DNA of 64,000 nt from an uncultured Chloroflexia bacterium (lineage in GTDB: Bacteria; Chloroflexota; Limnocylindria; Limnocylindrales; CSP1-4), in NCBI GenBank assembly GCA_963719285.1, contig CAVRBO010000002.1:13566-77565 (forward strand). The letters run 5' to 3'. The translations under genes were made by a program, and so were the position numbers. A model generated the notes under the pieces. That model searched no databases. It worked only from the letters and a program-made list of their open reading frames with translations, and was not told the DNA's origin. This document shows, one piece after another, positions 38,850-48,097 of the stretch (the stretch's first letter is position 1; each line of letters starts with the position of its first letter).

Positions 38850-39974
38850 CTAGGCGAGCGTTCGCGAGGCGAACCGCTCCAGCTCGGCGAGCGCCGCGGG
38901 CAGGTCCATCCGGCCGAAGCCGATCCGGAAGTGGTTGCCCGGATGGCCGAAGGTCGAGCCGGGCAGGAGGAGGACCCCTTCGGCCTCGACGAGCTCCGCG
39001 GCGAAGCGGTCGATGGGCACGTCCTCCCGGAGCCGAGGGAACCCGATCGAGCCGCCCCTCGGGCGGACCCAGTCGAACGTGCCCGCCCACCGCTCGAAGA
39101 AGCCGTCGAGCAGGGCCATGTTGTCGGCCACGATCGAACGCGACCGCGCCAGGACCCGGTCCCGTGCCCGGAGCGCGATGAGCGCCAGGACCTCCGCCGG
39201 CGCCGAGGAACAGATGGTCGTGTAGTCCTTGAACGCGGCGCAGCGCGCCAGGAGCGCCCGGTCGGTCGTCGCCAGCCAGCCGATCCGCAGGCCGGCGAGC
39301 GCGAACGACTTCGACATGACCCCGAGCGAGATGCCCAGCCCGGGCAGCGCATCGCCACCCGTTGGCAGCCGATCCGCCTCGCCGACTTCGAGGAATCGGT
39401 ACACCTCGTCGGCGAGAAGGTGGATCCCGCGGGCCAGGCATGCGTCCGTCAGCGCCCGCCACTCCGCGTGGGTCGGCAGCATCCCGGTCGGGTTGTGCGG
39501 CGCGTTCACCACGACGAGCCGCGTCTCGGGCAGCATCGCCGCCACGAGCCGCTCGACATCGAGCGCCCAGCCGTCCGCCTCGCGGAGCTCGTGGAGCGAG
39601 ACCTCCGCACCGGTCGCGCGGCCCACCTCCCACAGGCTCTGGTAGCCCGGCCAGGTCACGATCGCGTGGTCGCCCGGGCCGAGCATCACGTTGGCCAGGC
39701 AGAAGATCGCTTCCTCGGCGCCGGCGAAGACGAGGACGTCGTCGGGCGCGACGCGTTCGTACAGCTTCGCGATCTCCGCCCGCAGGAGCGGGTGGCCGGT
39801 CGATTCGGTGTAGCCGAGCCGGAGGCCGGCCCACAACGCCCGCGTCTCGTCGTCCGCGAGCTCCAGCAGGTCCGCCATCCCCCAGCCCTCGACGTCAGAG
39901 GCACACAGCAGATACCGGACCGCGAACTCCCAGCGCGCGAAGAACCGCTCGAGCTCGAAGTCGGCGATCCGCAT
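38850..39974 (-). CDS. PLP-dependent aminotransferase class I/II
   Basis: FELERFF, LGYTESTG, NAPHNPTG, ADEVY, MSKSFALAGLRIGW. Confidence 0.9.
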   Translation of the reverse strand: MRIADFELERFFARWEFAVRYLLCASDVEGWGMADLLELADDETRALWAGLRLGYTESTGHPLLRAEIAKLYERVAPDDVLVFAGAEEAIFCLANVMLGPGDHAIVTWPGYQSLWEVGRATGAEVSLHELREADGWALDVERLVAAMLPETRLVVVNAPHNPTGMLPTHAEWRALTDACLARGIHLLADEVYRFLEVGEADRLPTGGDALPGLGISLGVMSKSFALAGLRIGWLATTDRALLARCAAFKDYTTICSSAPAEVLALIALRARDRVLARSRSIVADNMALLDGFFERWAGTFDWVRPRGGSIGFPRLREDVPIDRFAAELVEAEGVLLLPGSTFGHPGNHFRIGFGRMDLPAALAELERFASRTLA

Positions 39975-39979
39975 CCGGC

Positions 39980-40789
39980 CTATACCTCGCCGTCCGGTGC
40001 CCAGGCGGCAGGACGACGTTCGGTGAAGGCGCGGAAACCCTCCTGCGCCTCGTCGGTCTGGCGCTGCGTGGCGATGACCCGGGCCGTGTGCCACTTCGAC
40101 GAACCGTGGGGCAGGCCGCGGACCTCGCGGACGATCGCCTTCGCCGCCCGGGCGGCCGTCGGACCGGCGGCCAGCAGGTCCCCGATCGCCGCGTCGACCG
40201 CGGCATCCAGGGCCGCGTCGCCCTCCACGACTTCGTGGACGAGCCCGATCCGCTGGGCGCGGACCGCGTCGAACCGGCGACCGCCCGGGAAGAGGGCACG
40301 GGCGTGGGTCTCGCCGATCTTGGCGATGACGAACGGGCTGATGACGGCGGGCAGGATCCCCAGCCGCGTCTCCGTGAACCCGAAGCGCGCGCCGCTCTCG
40401 GCGATGACGAGGTCGGACACCGCGCACAGGCCCATCCCGCCGCCGAGCGCGGCGCCCTGGACCCGGGCGATGACCGGTGCCGGGCACGAATCGATCGCCT
40501 CGAACATCTCGGCCATCGCCATGGCATCGGCCTCGTTCGCGTCGCGGTCGAGAGCCATCGCCGCCCGCATCCAGTCGATATCGGCCCCGGCACAGAAGCT
40601 CTGCCCGGCGCCGGCCAGGACGACCGCCCGGAGCTCGACCGCGCTCTCCCTGGCGAAGGCCACGAACGCGGCCCGCAACTCGGCGATGAGCGTGGCGTCG
40701 AAGGCGTTGTGGACGGCCGGCCGGTCGAGCGTCACCCGGGCGACGACGTCACCCGGTCCGGATCGTTCGAGGCGCAGCCGCTCACTCAC
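39980..40789 (-). CDS. Enoyl-CoA hydratase (methylglutaconyl-CoA hydratase, LiuC-like)
   Basis: LDRPAVHNAF, FCAGADI, GAALGGG, FGFTETRLGILPAVISP, EAQEGFRAF. Confidence 0.88.
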   Translation of the reverse strand: MSERLRLERSGPGDVVARVTLDRPAVHNAFDATLIAELRAAFVAFARESAVELRAVVLAGAGQSFCAGADIDWMRAAMALDRDANEADAMAMAEMFEAIDSCPAPVIARVQGAALGGGMGLCAVSDLVIAESGARFGFTETRLGILPAVISPFVIAKIGETHARALFPGGRRFDAVRAQRIGLVHEVVEGDAALDAAVDAAIGDLLAAGPTAARAAKAIVREVRGLPHGSSKWHTARVIATQRQTDEAQEGFRAFTERRPAAWAPDGEV

Positions 40790-40819
40790 CCGCGCATCGT
40801 AGGCTGGTAGGCTCGTGCC

Positions 40820-41407
40820 GTGCGCGTGAACGACCTCCTGAATCTGCCGCCCGATCTGCCGATCCCGCGCGACGACGGGGCGTGCGCCCACCTGGCGGGG
40901 ATGGCGTGGCCGCCGATCGGGCTGCTGGCCACGGACGGCTCGACGGTCCACCTCGACGACCCCGCCGCGCCACGGACCGTGGTGTTCGCCTATCCCCGGA
41001 CCGGGCGGCCGGGCGAAGATCCGCCCGGCGGCCTGGACGCGTGGAACGCGATCCCCGGCGCCCGCGGTTGCACGCCCCAGGCGTGCGCCTATCGCGATCG
41101 CCACGCTGAGCTCAGCGCCCTCGGCGTACGGGTGTTCGGATTGTCGACCCAGGACAGCGCGTACCAGCGCGAGGCGGTCGCACGCCTCCATCTGCCCTTC
41201 CCGATCCTCAGCGACGAGAGCCTCGAGCTCCGGCGCGCGCTGCGCCTGCCGACCTTCGAGGCGGCCGGTCTGACCCTGTTCAAGCGCTTCACCCTCGTCG
41301 TCGACGGGGGCCGCATCGAGCACGTCCTGTACCCGGTGTTCCCGTCCGACCGCGACGCGGAACAGGTCATCGCCTGGCTGCGAGGGCCCGGATCCGTGCG
41401 GAGCTGA
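40820..41407 (+). CDS. Peroxiredoxin (BCP/AhpC-TSA-like)
   Basis: YPRTG...GARGCTPQAC, GLSTQ, KRFTLVV. Confidence 0.87.
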   Translation: MRVNDLLNLPPDLPIPRDDGACAHLAGMAWPPIGLLATDGSTVHLDDPAAPRTVVFAYPRTGRPGEDPPGGLDAWNAIPGARGCTPQACAYRDRHAELSALGVRVFGLSTQDSAYQREAVARLHLPFPILSDESLELRRALRLPTFEAAGLTLFKRFTLVVDGGRIEHVLYPVFPSDRDAEQVIAWLRGPGSVRS

Positions 41408-41411
41408 GCGC

Positions 41412-42191
41412 ATGCTCGTCGGCATCGACCATCTCGTCATCGCGACCCCGGACCTCGACGGGGCGGTCGCCCGGCTCCGCAAACGGCTCGGCATCGAGGC
41501 CGGCGGTGGCGGCGTCCACCCGGGGCTCGGGACGGAGAACCGCCTCGCCTGGTTCGGCGACAGCTACATCGAGCTCATCGACGTGACGGATGGGGCGCGA
41601 GCCTCCACCTCGTGGCTCGGCGGGCCGACGCTCCGCCTCATCGAGGAACGCGGCGGGGGCTTCGTCGGCTACGCGCTTGCATCGGACGACCTCGCCGCCG
41701 ATCTCGCGACGCTCAAGGCCGGGGGCTCGACGCTGGAGGGGCCGACCGCCGGGGAACGGCGACGCCCCGACGGTGCGACGGTCCGCTGGCAGCTCGCCGT
41801 CCCCGCCCTGGTCGGCCCGACCGCCCCGCCGTTCCTCATCGAGCACGACACGACCGCCGCCGAGTGGACGCCCGGGGAGCGCGCGGAACGAGCCGCCAGC
41901 ACGCATCCGGTGGGTGGAGCGCTCCGGCTCGTGGCGCTCGAGATCGCCATGGTCGACCCGGCGCGGGTCGCGGCGGCCTATCGCGTCGGCGTCGGGGTGA
42001 CGGCCCGGCCGTGGCTCGACGACGGCGACTGGGCGCTGGCGGGAATGGTCGGGGAGCAGCGGATCGTGCTCCGGCCGGCCGAGAGCGCGATCGGCCCGTC
42101 GGTGGTCATCCGGCTGTCATCGACCACCGACCGGCCGGCCACGGCCGACATGTTCGGCTGCCGCTTCGTCATCGAGCCCGCCGAGGCCTGA
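41412..42191 (+). CDS. VOC/glyoxalase-like protein
   Basis: IDHLVI, GGVHPGLGTENRL, YIELI, RPDG...W, PFLIEH. Confidence 0.85.
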   Translation: MLVGIDHLVIATPDLDGAVARLRKRLGIEAGGGGVHPGLGTENRLAWFGDSYIELIDVTDGARASTSWLGGPTLRLIEERGGGFVGYALASDDLAADLATLKAGGSTLEGPTAGERRRPDGATVRWQLAVPALVGPTAPPFLIEHDTTAAEWTPGERAERAASTHPVGGALRLVALEIAMVDPARVAAAYRVGVGVTARPWLDDGDWALAGMVGEQRIVLRPAESAIGPSVVIRLSSTTDRPATADMFGCRFVIEPAEA

Positions 42192-42229
42192 CGCCGGCCG
42201 GTCTGGCCCGGAGCACATCTGGTCGGCGG

Positions 42230-42949
42230 TCAGGCCGCCAGGTCCAGGGGAGCACCCGACCTCGATGGCACGCCGGTCGATCGTCGCCTCGCCCGGGCCG
42301 CGACCGACGCGACGATCCGGTACACGAGCAGGAAGACGACGATGTCGATGGCGACCACGTAGACCCACCGGACCGGGCCGGCCGAGTCGGTCCCGGCGCC
42401 GATCCCGTGCGCAGTCGCGCCGATGAACGCCAGGAACGTGGTGTAGTGGAGCAGGCGCCAGGCGCGCTGCCCGATCCGCCGGCGGAGGTAGAAGCTGGCC
42501 ACGACGACGACCGCGAGCCAGAACGACAGCTGGCCGAGCCCGACCCAGATCGGCCGGTAGCTCGTGGCGAACGGCACGGCGAGCTCGACGAGCGAGGTCG
42601 GCACGGTCCTGTCGAGGCCGAGCAGCGCGCCGTGGATGCCCGCGAGGCCCAGCCCGACGGCGGCCAGGTCCTGATGGAGGGTGAAGGTGATGGGTCGGTG
42701 GGCGATCGCGTCGAGGATCTTGGTCGACAGAAGCAGTCCATAGACGACCGAGCCGGCCAGCGCGAAGTAGGCGAGGAAGCCCATCGATCGCGAGGCGAGC
42801 CAGGGGATCGCTCCGGCCTGGGTCGATGCGACCCGCGCGATGAGGCCCACCGCACTCGGTACGGTGGCCCCGAGGACGATCCCCAGGCCGATCGCGGCGA
42901 GCCCCCAGCGGGTCAGGGAAGTCGCCGGAGAGAAGCCACGGAACTTCAT
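42230..42949 (-). CDS. Ferric-reductase-like (MsrQ-type) diheme transmembrane protein
   Basis: WLASRSMG; four His in TLHQDL, GIHG, WRLLHY, TAHG; no fused cytosolic FAD/NAD domain. Confidence 0.8.
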   Translation of the reverse strand: MKFRGFSPATSLTRWGLAAIGLGIVLGATVPSAVGLIARVASTQAGAIPWLASRSMGFLAYFALAGSVVYGLLLSTKILDAIAHRPITFTLHQDLAAVGLGLAGIHGALLGLDRTVPTSLVELAVPFATSYRPIWVGLGQLSFWLAVVVVASFYLRRRIGQRAWRLLHYTTFLAFIGATAHGIGAGTDSAGPVRWVYVVAIDIVVFLLVYRIVASVAARARRRSTGVPSRSGAPLDLAA

Positions 42950-43962
42950 GACAGCCACCGAGCGGAGGACGGCGAGGCGAGGACGTCGCCACGATCGGTG
43001 AGCGCGATGAGGGCACGCAGGCCCGGTCGATCCAGCAGCGCCTCGCCGGCCACGGATCCCAGGATCACGAACTGCTTCGCGGCGATCTCGGCGGCGCTCG
43101 CGGAGTCGGCCAGGACCGTCGCCTGGACGATATCGGTCACGGCCGGCCGGCCGGTCCGCGGGTCGATCAGATGGTGCCCGACCGTCCCCCCGTGCGACCA
43201 GCGATGCACGCTCGTCCCCGACGTCGCGAGTCCGAAACGCTGGCGGCGTGAAGGATCGAGGCCCGTCACCTCGAGCGTCGCGAGGTCCGTGGACGCGGTG
43301 CGAGGATCGGCGATCCCGATCCGCCACGACTCACCGAAGGCGAGCGCGATCGACAGGTCCCCGTCCGCATCCACGACGACCGCCGGGTATGCCTCGAGCG
43401 ACGCGGCGGCCCGGTCGGCGATCCAGCCCTTGGCGATGCCGTCAAGGTCGAACCGGACTCCCGGCGCCCGCGTCACCAGGCCGGCGCGTCCGCCCGACTC
43501 GATCGTCCATGACCGGTCGGCGGTTGCGTCGGTGGCCGCCACGGCGGCTGCTGTCGCGCCGGTCGGGAACTCGGCCGCGAGGCGGGCGTCGAGCAGCGTC
43601 GCGTCGACGATGCCGTCGGTCTCGGCGGCGGCGGTGACCGCGCGAGCGAGGACCGCGGCGAGGGTGGCGCCGACTCGGATCGAGGCAGCGGGATCCGCGT
43701 TCAGGCGACTCAGCTCCGAGGCGGGCGTGAAGCGGGTCAGTCGATCGGCCCACGAAGAGATCCTCCGGAGCGCCCGCCCGACGTCGCGGCGCGCACGCTC
43801 GCCTTCCGGTCCGGGTCGTCCGGAGATGGCTCCCGCCCCGGGCCGGACGTAGACGCCCACGCGGCCACCCATCAACCAGGCGTCGGCCGAGACGACGTCG
43901 GACATCCCATGCTCCTGCATCGGGATGGCCCGGTTCGGGGCCATCGCCGGCGCCGCGCTCAT
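42946..43962 (-). CDS. apbE: FAD:protein FMN transferase
   Basis: LMG, RFTPASELSRLN, DLDGIAKGWIAD, DADGDL, GLATSG, HHLIDPRTG. Confidence 0.9.
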   Translation of the reverse strand: MSAAPAMAPNRAIPMQEHGMSDVVSADAWLMGGRVGVYVRPGAGAISGRPGPEGERARRDVGRALRRISSWADRLTRFTPASELSRLNADPAASIRVGATLAAVLARAVTAAAETDGIVDATLLDARLAAEFPTGATAAAVAATDATADRSWTIESGGRAGLVTRAPGVRFDLDGIAKGWIADRAAASLEAYPAVVVDADGDLSIALAFGESWRIGIADPRTASTDLATLEVTGLDPSRRQRFGLATSGTSVHRWSHGGTVGHHLIDPRTGRPAVTDIVQATVLADSASAAEIAAKQFVILGSVAGEALLDRPGLRALIALTDRGDVLASPSSARWLS

Positions 43963-44435
43963 GGCTTGCCCGACTGGCGGGTCGTCGTCACGACGACGAC
44001 CCGCGGCGTCGGATTCGGCGCGGCCTTGACCACCGCACTCGGAGGGGCGGTCTGGCCGGGTTTGAGCTGGATGTAGCGGACCTTGTGCTTGATGGACGGC
44101 ACCGGGACGACCTCGGCCGGGACCTGGCTCAGGGTCGTGCCGGCGTCGGTGGGGGCCGGAGGCGACACGATCGCGGTGGCGATCGCGCTCATCGCGGCCA
44201 GGCCGGTCAGGCCGAGCAGGAGCCTCATGGGCCGCGAGTCCGGCCGTGCCGGGCCGACGCGTGCCACGGCCGGACGTGACGGCGGGGCGGAACGCGGCCC
44301 ATCGGGGCTCGTGACCTCCCGCGGCTGCGGCGGAGCGCCCGTCGCCGCCGCGCGATCGAGGAGCACCCGCGACGGCAACGGTCGGGGAGGCAGGGTGCGC
44401 TCAGGGCGCGCCCCGGCCGGTCGAGGATCGCTCAT
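43959..44435 (-). CDS. Hypothetical Pro-rich single-TM protein ending TTTRQSGKP
   Basis: C-terminal part of ORF 43959..44804; TGATG/ATGA coupling to both neighbours; one hydrophobic segment. Confidence 0.7.
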   Translation of the reverse strand: MSDPRPAGARPERTLPPRPLPSRVLLDRAAATGAPPQPREVTSPDGPRSAPPSRPAVARVGPARPDSRPMRLLLGLTGLAAMSAIATAIVSPPAPTDAGTTLSQVPAEVVPVPSIKHKVRYIQLKPGQTAPPSAVVKAAPNPTPRVVVVTTTRQSGKP

Positions 44436-44713
44436 CAGTCGCCCCCGCCTTCTCCGCCGGACTCGGTCTCGCGTTCCCCGACGGCCGCCGGCACCGACTT
44501 GTGGACGACGACGGTCGCCGGCTTCTTCGGCGGAGCGACGTAGACCGTGTCGATCTGGACCTGGGCGGTCGGGTCGGGCGCGCCGGCGACTTCGATGTTG
44601 GCGGCCGCTGGAGCCGCGGGTGCGCTCGGCGACAGACCCGCCACGGACATGCCGACCACGAGCGCGGCGACTGCCGCCAGGCTGGCGACGAAGAGAGCGA
44701 TGCGCTGGATCAT
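44435..44713 (-). CDS. Small exported or membrane-anchored hypothetical protein (92 aa)
   Basis: SD GGAGG; MIQRIALFVASLAAVAALVVGMSVAG signal-like N-terminus; IDTVYV motif; acidic Gly-rich tail. Confidence 0.7.
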   Translation of the reverse strand: MIQRIALFVASLAAVAALVVGMSVAGLSPSAPAAPAAANIEVAGAPDPTAQVQIDTVYVAPPKKPATVVVHKSVPAAVGERETESGGEGGGD

Positions 44714-44857
44714 GCGGAGGACCTCCGATGCGGATGGCGAGTGATGGACCCACGGTCGGGTCGGCGGATGGGCGGGCGTTGTGGCGCAGATGAGAACGCT
44801 CCAAGACAGGCCCCGGGCCACTCGACGGGTCGGGGGAGGGCGCCTAGCATCGGGATC

Positions 44858-45532
44858 GTGAAGATCCTGCTGGTCGAGGACGAACCGAAGCTCGCGGCGC
44901 TCATCCGGCGCGTGCTGGTCGCCGAGCGCCACGTCGTCGACGCCGCACCGGACGGCGCGAGCGCCATCGCCCTCGCCACCGCCGGTCCGTATGACGTCGC
45001 GATCGTCGATCGGATGCTGCCGGACATCGACGGCCTGGCGGTGATCCGGGTGCTCCGTTCGAAGGGCATCCAGACGCCCGTGCTCATGCTCACCGCGCTC
45101 GGGTCCGTCGAGCAGCGGGTGAGCGGACTCGACGCCGGTGCCGACGACTACCTGCCGAAGCCCTTCGCGTTCGCCGAGCTGCTCGCCAGGATCCGGGCAC
45201 TCGGCCGGCGCGATGGAACGCCGGTCGAGGCAAAGTTCACGGTCGGCGACGTCGAACTCGACGAAGCGCGCCACACCGTGCGCGTGGGCGATCGCGCCGT
45301 CGACCTCTCGGCGCGCGAGTTCGCCCTGCTCGCGTTCCTCATCCGTCATCCCGGACAGGTCCTGACCCGCCGCCAGATCCTCGATGGCGTCTGGGGTGCG
45401 GAACCCGACGTCTATTCCAATGTCGTCGACGTGTACGTGCACTACGTGCGGCGCAAGCTCGGCGAGCTCGGTCGGGGCCGCCGGCTGCGAACGGTCCGGG
45501 GTGTCGGCTACACGCTCCAGGCCGATGACTGA
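44858..45532 (+). CDS. OmpR-family response regulator
   Basis: KILLVEDE, DRMLP, GADDYLPKPF, TVRGVGY; TAGCAT 7 nt before GTG. Confidence 0.93.
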   Translation: MKILLVEDEPKLAALIRRVLVAERHVVDAAPDGASAIALATAGPYDVAIVDRMLPDIDGLAVIRVLRSKGIQTPVLMLTALGSVEQRVSGLDAGADDYLPKPFAFAELLARIRALGRRDGTPVEAKFTVGDVELDEARHTVRVGDRAVDLSAREFALLAFLIRHPGQVLTRRQILDGVWGAEPDVYSNVVDVYVHYVRRKLGELGRGRRLRTVRGVGYTLQADD

Positions 45533-46823
45533 CCCGGCCCGGAAGGCCGACCAGGCGGCGCGGCTGGTCGCTTCCACCGGCCGGCGCCTGTACATCACGA
45601 GCCTGCTGCTGATCGCGCTGCTCATCGTCGGGATCGGCGTCACGACCGGGCTGGCGGCCCTGGGTGCACTCGACGCGGACGTGGATCGCGCCCTCGAGGC
45701 GACCGCCCGGACGGCCCTTGGGCGGCTCGACGGAGAGCTGCCGGTCGCGCAGGAGTCGGACGAGTCGGCGGAAGTGGCGCCCGCGTCCGCCGACACGTTC
45801 GTCCTGTACGTGAGCCCGACCGGGGAGATCGTCTCGGACCCGTCGCGCGTGGCACTGCCCGGCTTGCCGGTCGCGGCGGCGCTGTCGGAGGCGTCCCGCG
45901 TGGGAACGGACCTGCGAACCGTCGAGCTCGGCGGCGTCTCCGTCCGCCTCGAGACGCTCCCGATCGGCCCGCCATCGCGACCGACCGGGTTCGTGCAGGC
46001 CGGATTCGTGCTGACGCTCCACGACGCGCAGTCGACGAGCCTCGTCGTGGCCATCGCCCTGGTCGGCGTGGTCGGCCTCCTCGGCGCGGCGCTCGTCACG
46101 CTCCTCGTCGTGCGCCGCGCGCTCGACCCGATCCGCCGGTCGTTCGCCGCCCAGCTCCGCTTCGTGGCCGACGCGTCGCATGAGTTGCGCACGCCGGCGA
46201 CGATCATCCGGGCGACCGCGGAGGTGCTCACCCGCGAATCCCTGGTCATGCCCGACGGCGGCCCGCTCCTCGCCGACATCGTCGCCGAGAGCGATCGCCT
46301 CGGCAGGCTGGTCGGCGACCTCCTCATGCTGTCGACGAGTGGCGCAGCCGACCTCGCCCTCGAGCGCACCGCGGTGGACCTGCCCGACCTGCTCCGGGAC
46401 ACCGTCCGGCGTGTCGTGCCGCTCGCGGACGAGAAGCGGGTCGACGTGGTGGTCGATGTCGTGGGGACCGCCATCATCGATGGCGACCGCGACCGGCTCG
46501 TCCAGCTCGTGCTCATCCTGGTCGACAACGCCATCGACCACGCCCCGGCGGGCACATCCGTCGAAGTCGCCCTGCGGCGGCGAGGCGGCTCCGTCCTGCT
46601 GTCCGTGACCGATCGTGGCCCGGGCATCCCGGCCGAGGAACGCGAGCGTGTCTTCGCACCATTCGCGCGCCTGCCCAGCGCGGCGTCCGAACGGCGCGAA
46701 GGAGCGGGTCTCGGCCTCGCGATCGCCCGCCGGATCGCCGAGGCGCACGGCGGCACGATCGTCGCGCAGGCCGGGCCGGGGGGCGGCGCACGCCTGGAGG
46801 TGACCCTGCCCGTCCGCGGATGA
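45525..46823 (+). CDS. Sensor histidine kinase
   Basis: Two TM segments, DASHELRTP, LVDNAIDH, DRGPG, GAGLGLAI. Confidence 0.92.
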   Translation: MTDPARKADQAARLVASTGRRLYITSLLLIALLIVGIGVTTGLAALGALDADVDRALEATARTALGRLDGELPVAQESDESAEVAPASADTFVLYVSPTGEIVSDPSRVALPGLPVAAALSEASRVGTDLRTVELGGVSVRLETLPIGPPSRPTGFVQAGFVLTLHDAQSTSLVVAIALVGVVGLLGAALVTLLVVRRALDPIRRSFAAQLRFVADASHELRTPATIIRATAEVLTRESLVMPDGGPLLADIVAESDRLGRLVGDLLMLSTSGAADLALERTAVDLPDLLRDTVRRVVPLADEKRVDVVVDVVGTAIIDGDRDRLVQLVLILVDNAIDHAPAGTSVEVALRRRGGSVLLSVTDRGPGIPAEERERVFAPFARLPSAASERREGAGLGLAIARRIAEAHGGTIVAQAGPGGGARLEVTLPVRG

Positions 46824-46925
46824 GGGTTCTCACATCCGTGCCACAGGGCCCACCCATCGCCCGGCGGCAGGCTCCGGTCAGCGCGCACGACATGAGATCG
46901 GGCGGCTGCACACCGGGAGTCCCCC

Positions 46926-47213
46926 ATGGCCTACGTCATCGCCGAACCGTGCATCGACCACATGGATCGGGCCTGCGTCGATGTGTGCCCGGTCGACTGC
47001 ATCACCGCGGATCCCTCCGACAGGAAGCTCTACATCGACCCCGAGGCCTGCATCGACTGCGGCTCGTGCGAGGCGGCCTGCCCGAATGGCGCGATCTTCC
47101 GCGCGGACATGCTGCCGGCACCCTGGGCCGGCTACGCCTGGGTCGACGCCGCCTGGTACGCGGATCCGGCGGCCGCGCGGGACGAGATCGACCAGCTCCT
47201 CGGAGCGGCATGA
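46926..47213 (+). CDS. fdxA: 7Fe-type ferredoxin ([3Fe-4S]/[4Fe-4S], FdxA-like)
   Basis: CIDHMDRACVDVCPVDCI and CIDCGSCEAACP. Confidence 0.88.
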   Translation: MAYVIAEPCIDHMDRACVDVCPVDCITADPSDRKLYIDPEACIDCGSCEAACPNGAIFRADMLPAPWAGYAWVDAAWYADPAAARDEIDQLLGAA

Positions 47214-48073
47214 CGACCGCGACCGGCGCGAGCGCGACCCACGCGCACGCCGTGCAGCGGCCGCTTCCCGCGCGGCCGCTTCCGGCGCGGCCACTCCCCG
47301 GCCGAACGCGGCCGTCAGCGCCTCGACAGATCGCGCCTCCGACGGCGACCAACGCGACCCTCGTCGAACGGATCGACCTGACCGAGACGACGACCATCGT
47401 CCGCGTGCGACCCGACGACGGGCCGCGGTCGTTCGCCCCGGGCCAGTATTTCAGCCTCGGCCTGGAGATCGACGGCCGGATCGTCCAGCGCCCGTATTCG
47501 ACGGCATCCGCACCGGGCTCGATGGAGCTCGAGTTCCTCATCCGGCGGGTCGAAGCCGGCGTGTTCACGCCGGTGTTGTGGGCGACCCGCGCCGGGGATC
47601 GCCTATCGCTCGGACGAGCCAAGGGTGTCTTCACGCTGGCACCCGACGACGAGCGGCAGCCGGTGCTCATCGCGACCGGGACCGGCCTCGCACCGTTCGT
47701 GGCGATGGTCCGGGCAGGTGCCGGCCGGCCGGATCCAGCGCCGGCCGTGGTCGTGCACGGCGTCGCGCACGCCGGGGAACTCGCCTACCACGACGAGCTG
47801 TCCGCCCTCGCCGCCGCCGGACGGATCGCCTACCTGCCGGTCGTCTCCCGGCCGGCTCATCCGGCGAACACCGGCTGGACGGGACCGGTCGGGCGGGTCC
47901 CCGACACGCTGGCGGCGATCGTCGCGCGCGGCACCTTCGATCCGGCGGCGTGCGTCGCCTACCTGTGCGGGAACCCGGGCATGATCGGCGCGGCCGGTGC
48001 GGTCCTGGAGAGCCTGGGTGTGCCACCGGAGGCGATCATCACCGAACGCTACTGGGCCCCCGCCTCAGGGTGA
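47210..48073 (+). CDS. fpr: Ferredoxin--NADP+ reductase (bacterial Fpr type)
   Basis: GQYF, RPYS, ATGTGLAPF, YLCGNPGMI, ERYW. Confidence 0.85.
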   Translation: MTTATGASATHAHAVQRPLPARPLPARPLPGRTRPSAPRQIAPPTATNATLVERIDLTETTTIVRVRPDDGPRSFAPGQYFSLGLEIDGRIVQRPYSTASAPGSMELEFLIRRVEAGVFTPVLWATRAGDRLSLGRAKGVFTLAPDDERQPVLIATGTGLAPFVAMVRAGAGRPDPAPAVVVHGVAHAGELAYHDELSALAAAGRIAYLPVVSRPAHPANTGWTGPVGRVPDTLAAIVARGTFDPAACVAYLCGNPGMIGAAGAVLESLGVPPEAIITERYWAPASG

Positions 48074-48097
48074 CCCAGGGACGTCAAGCCCCCGGGA

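Noticed and set aside
43540-43570. TGAT motif inside ApbE (and TGAS in the FNR N-terminus) as flavinylation sites
   Set aside because: Both lie in Ala/Thr-rich linkers without the upstream Asp; likely compositional coincidence.
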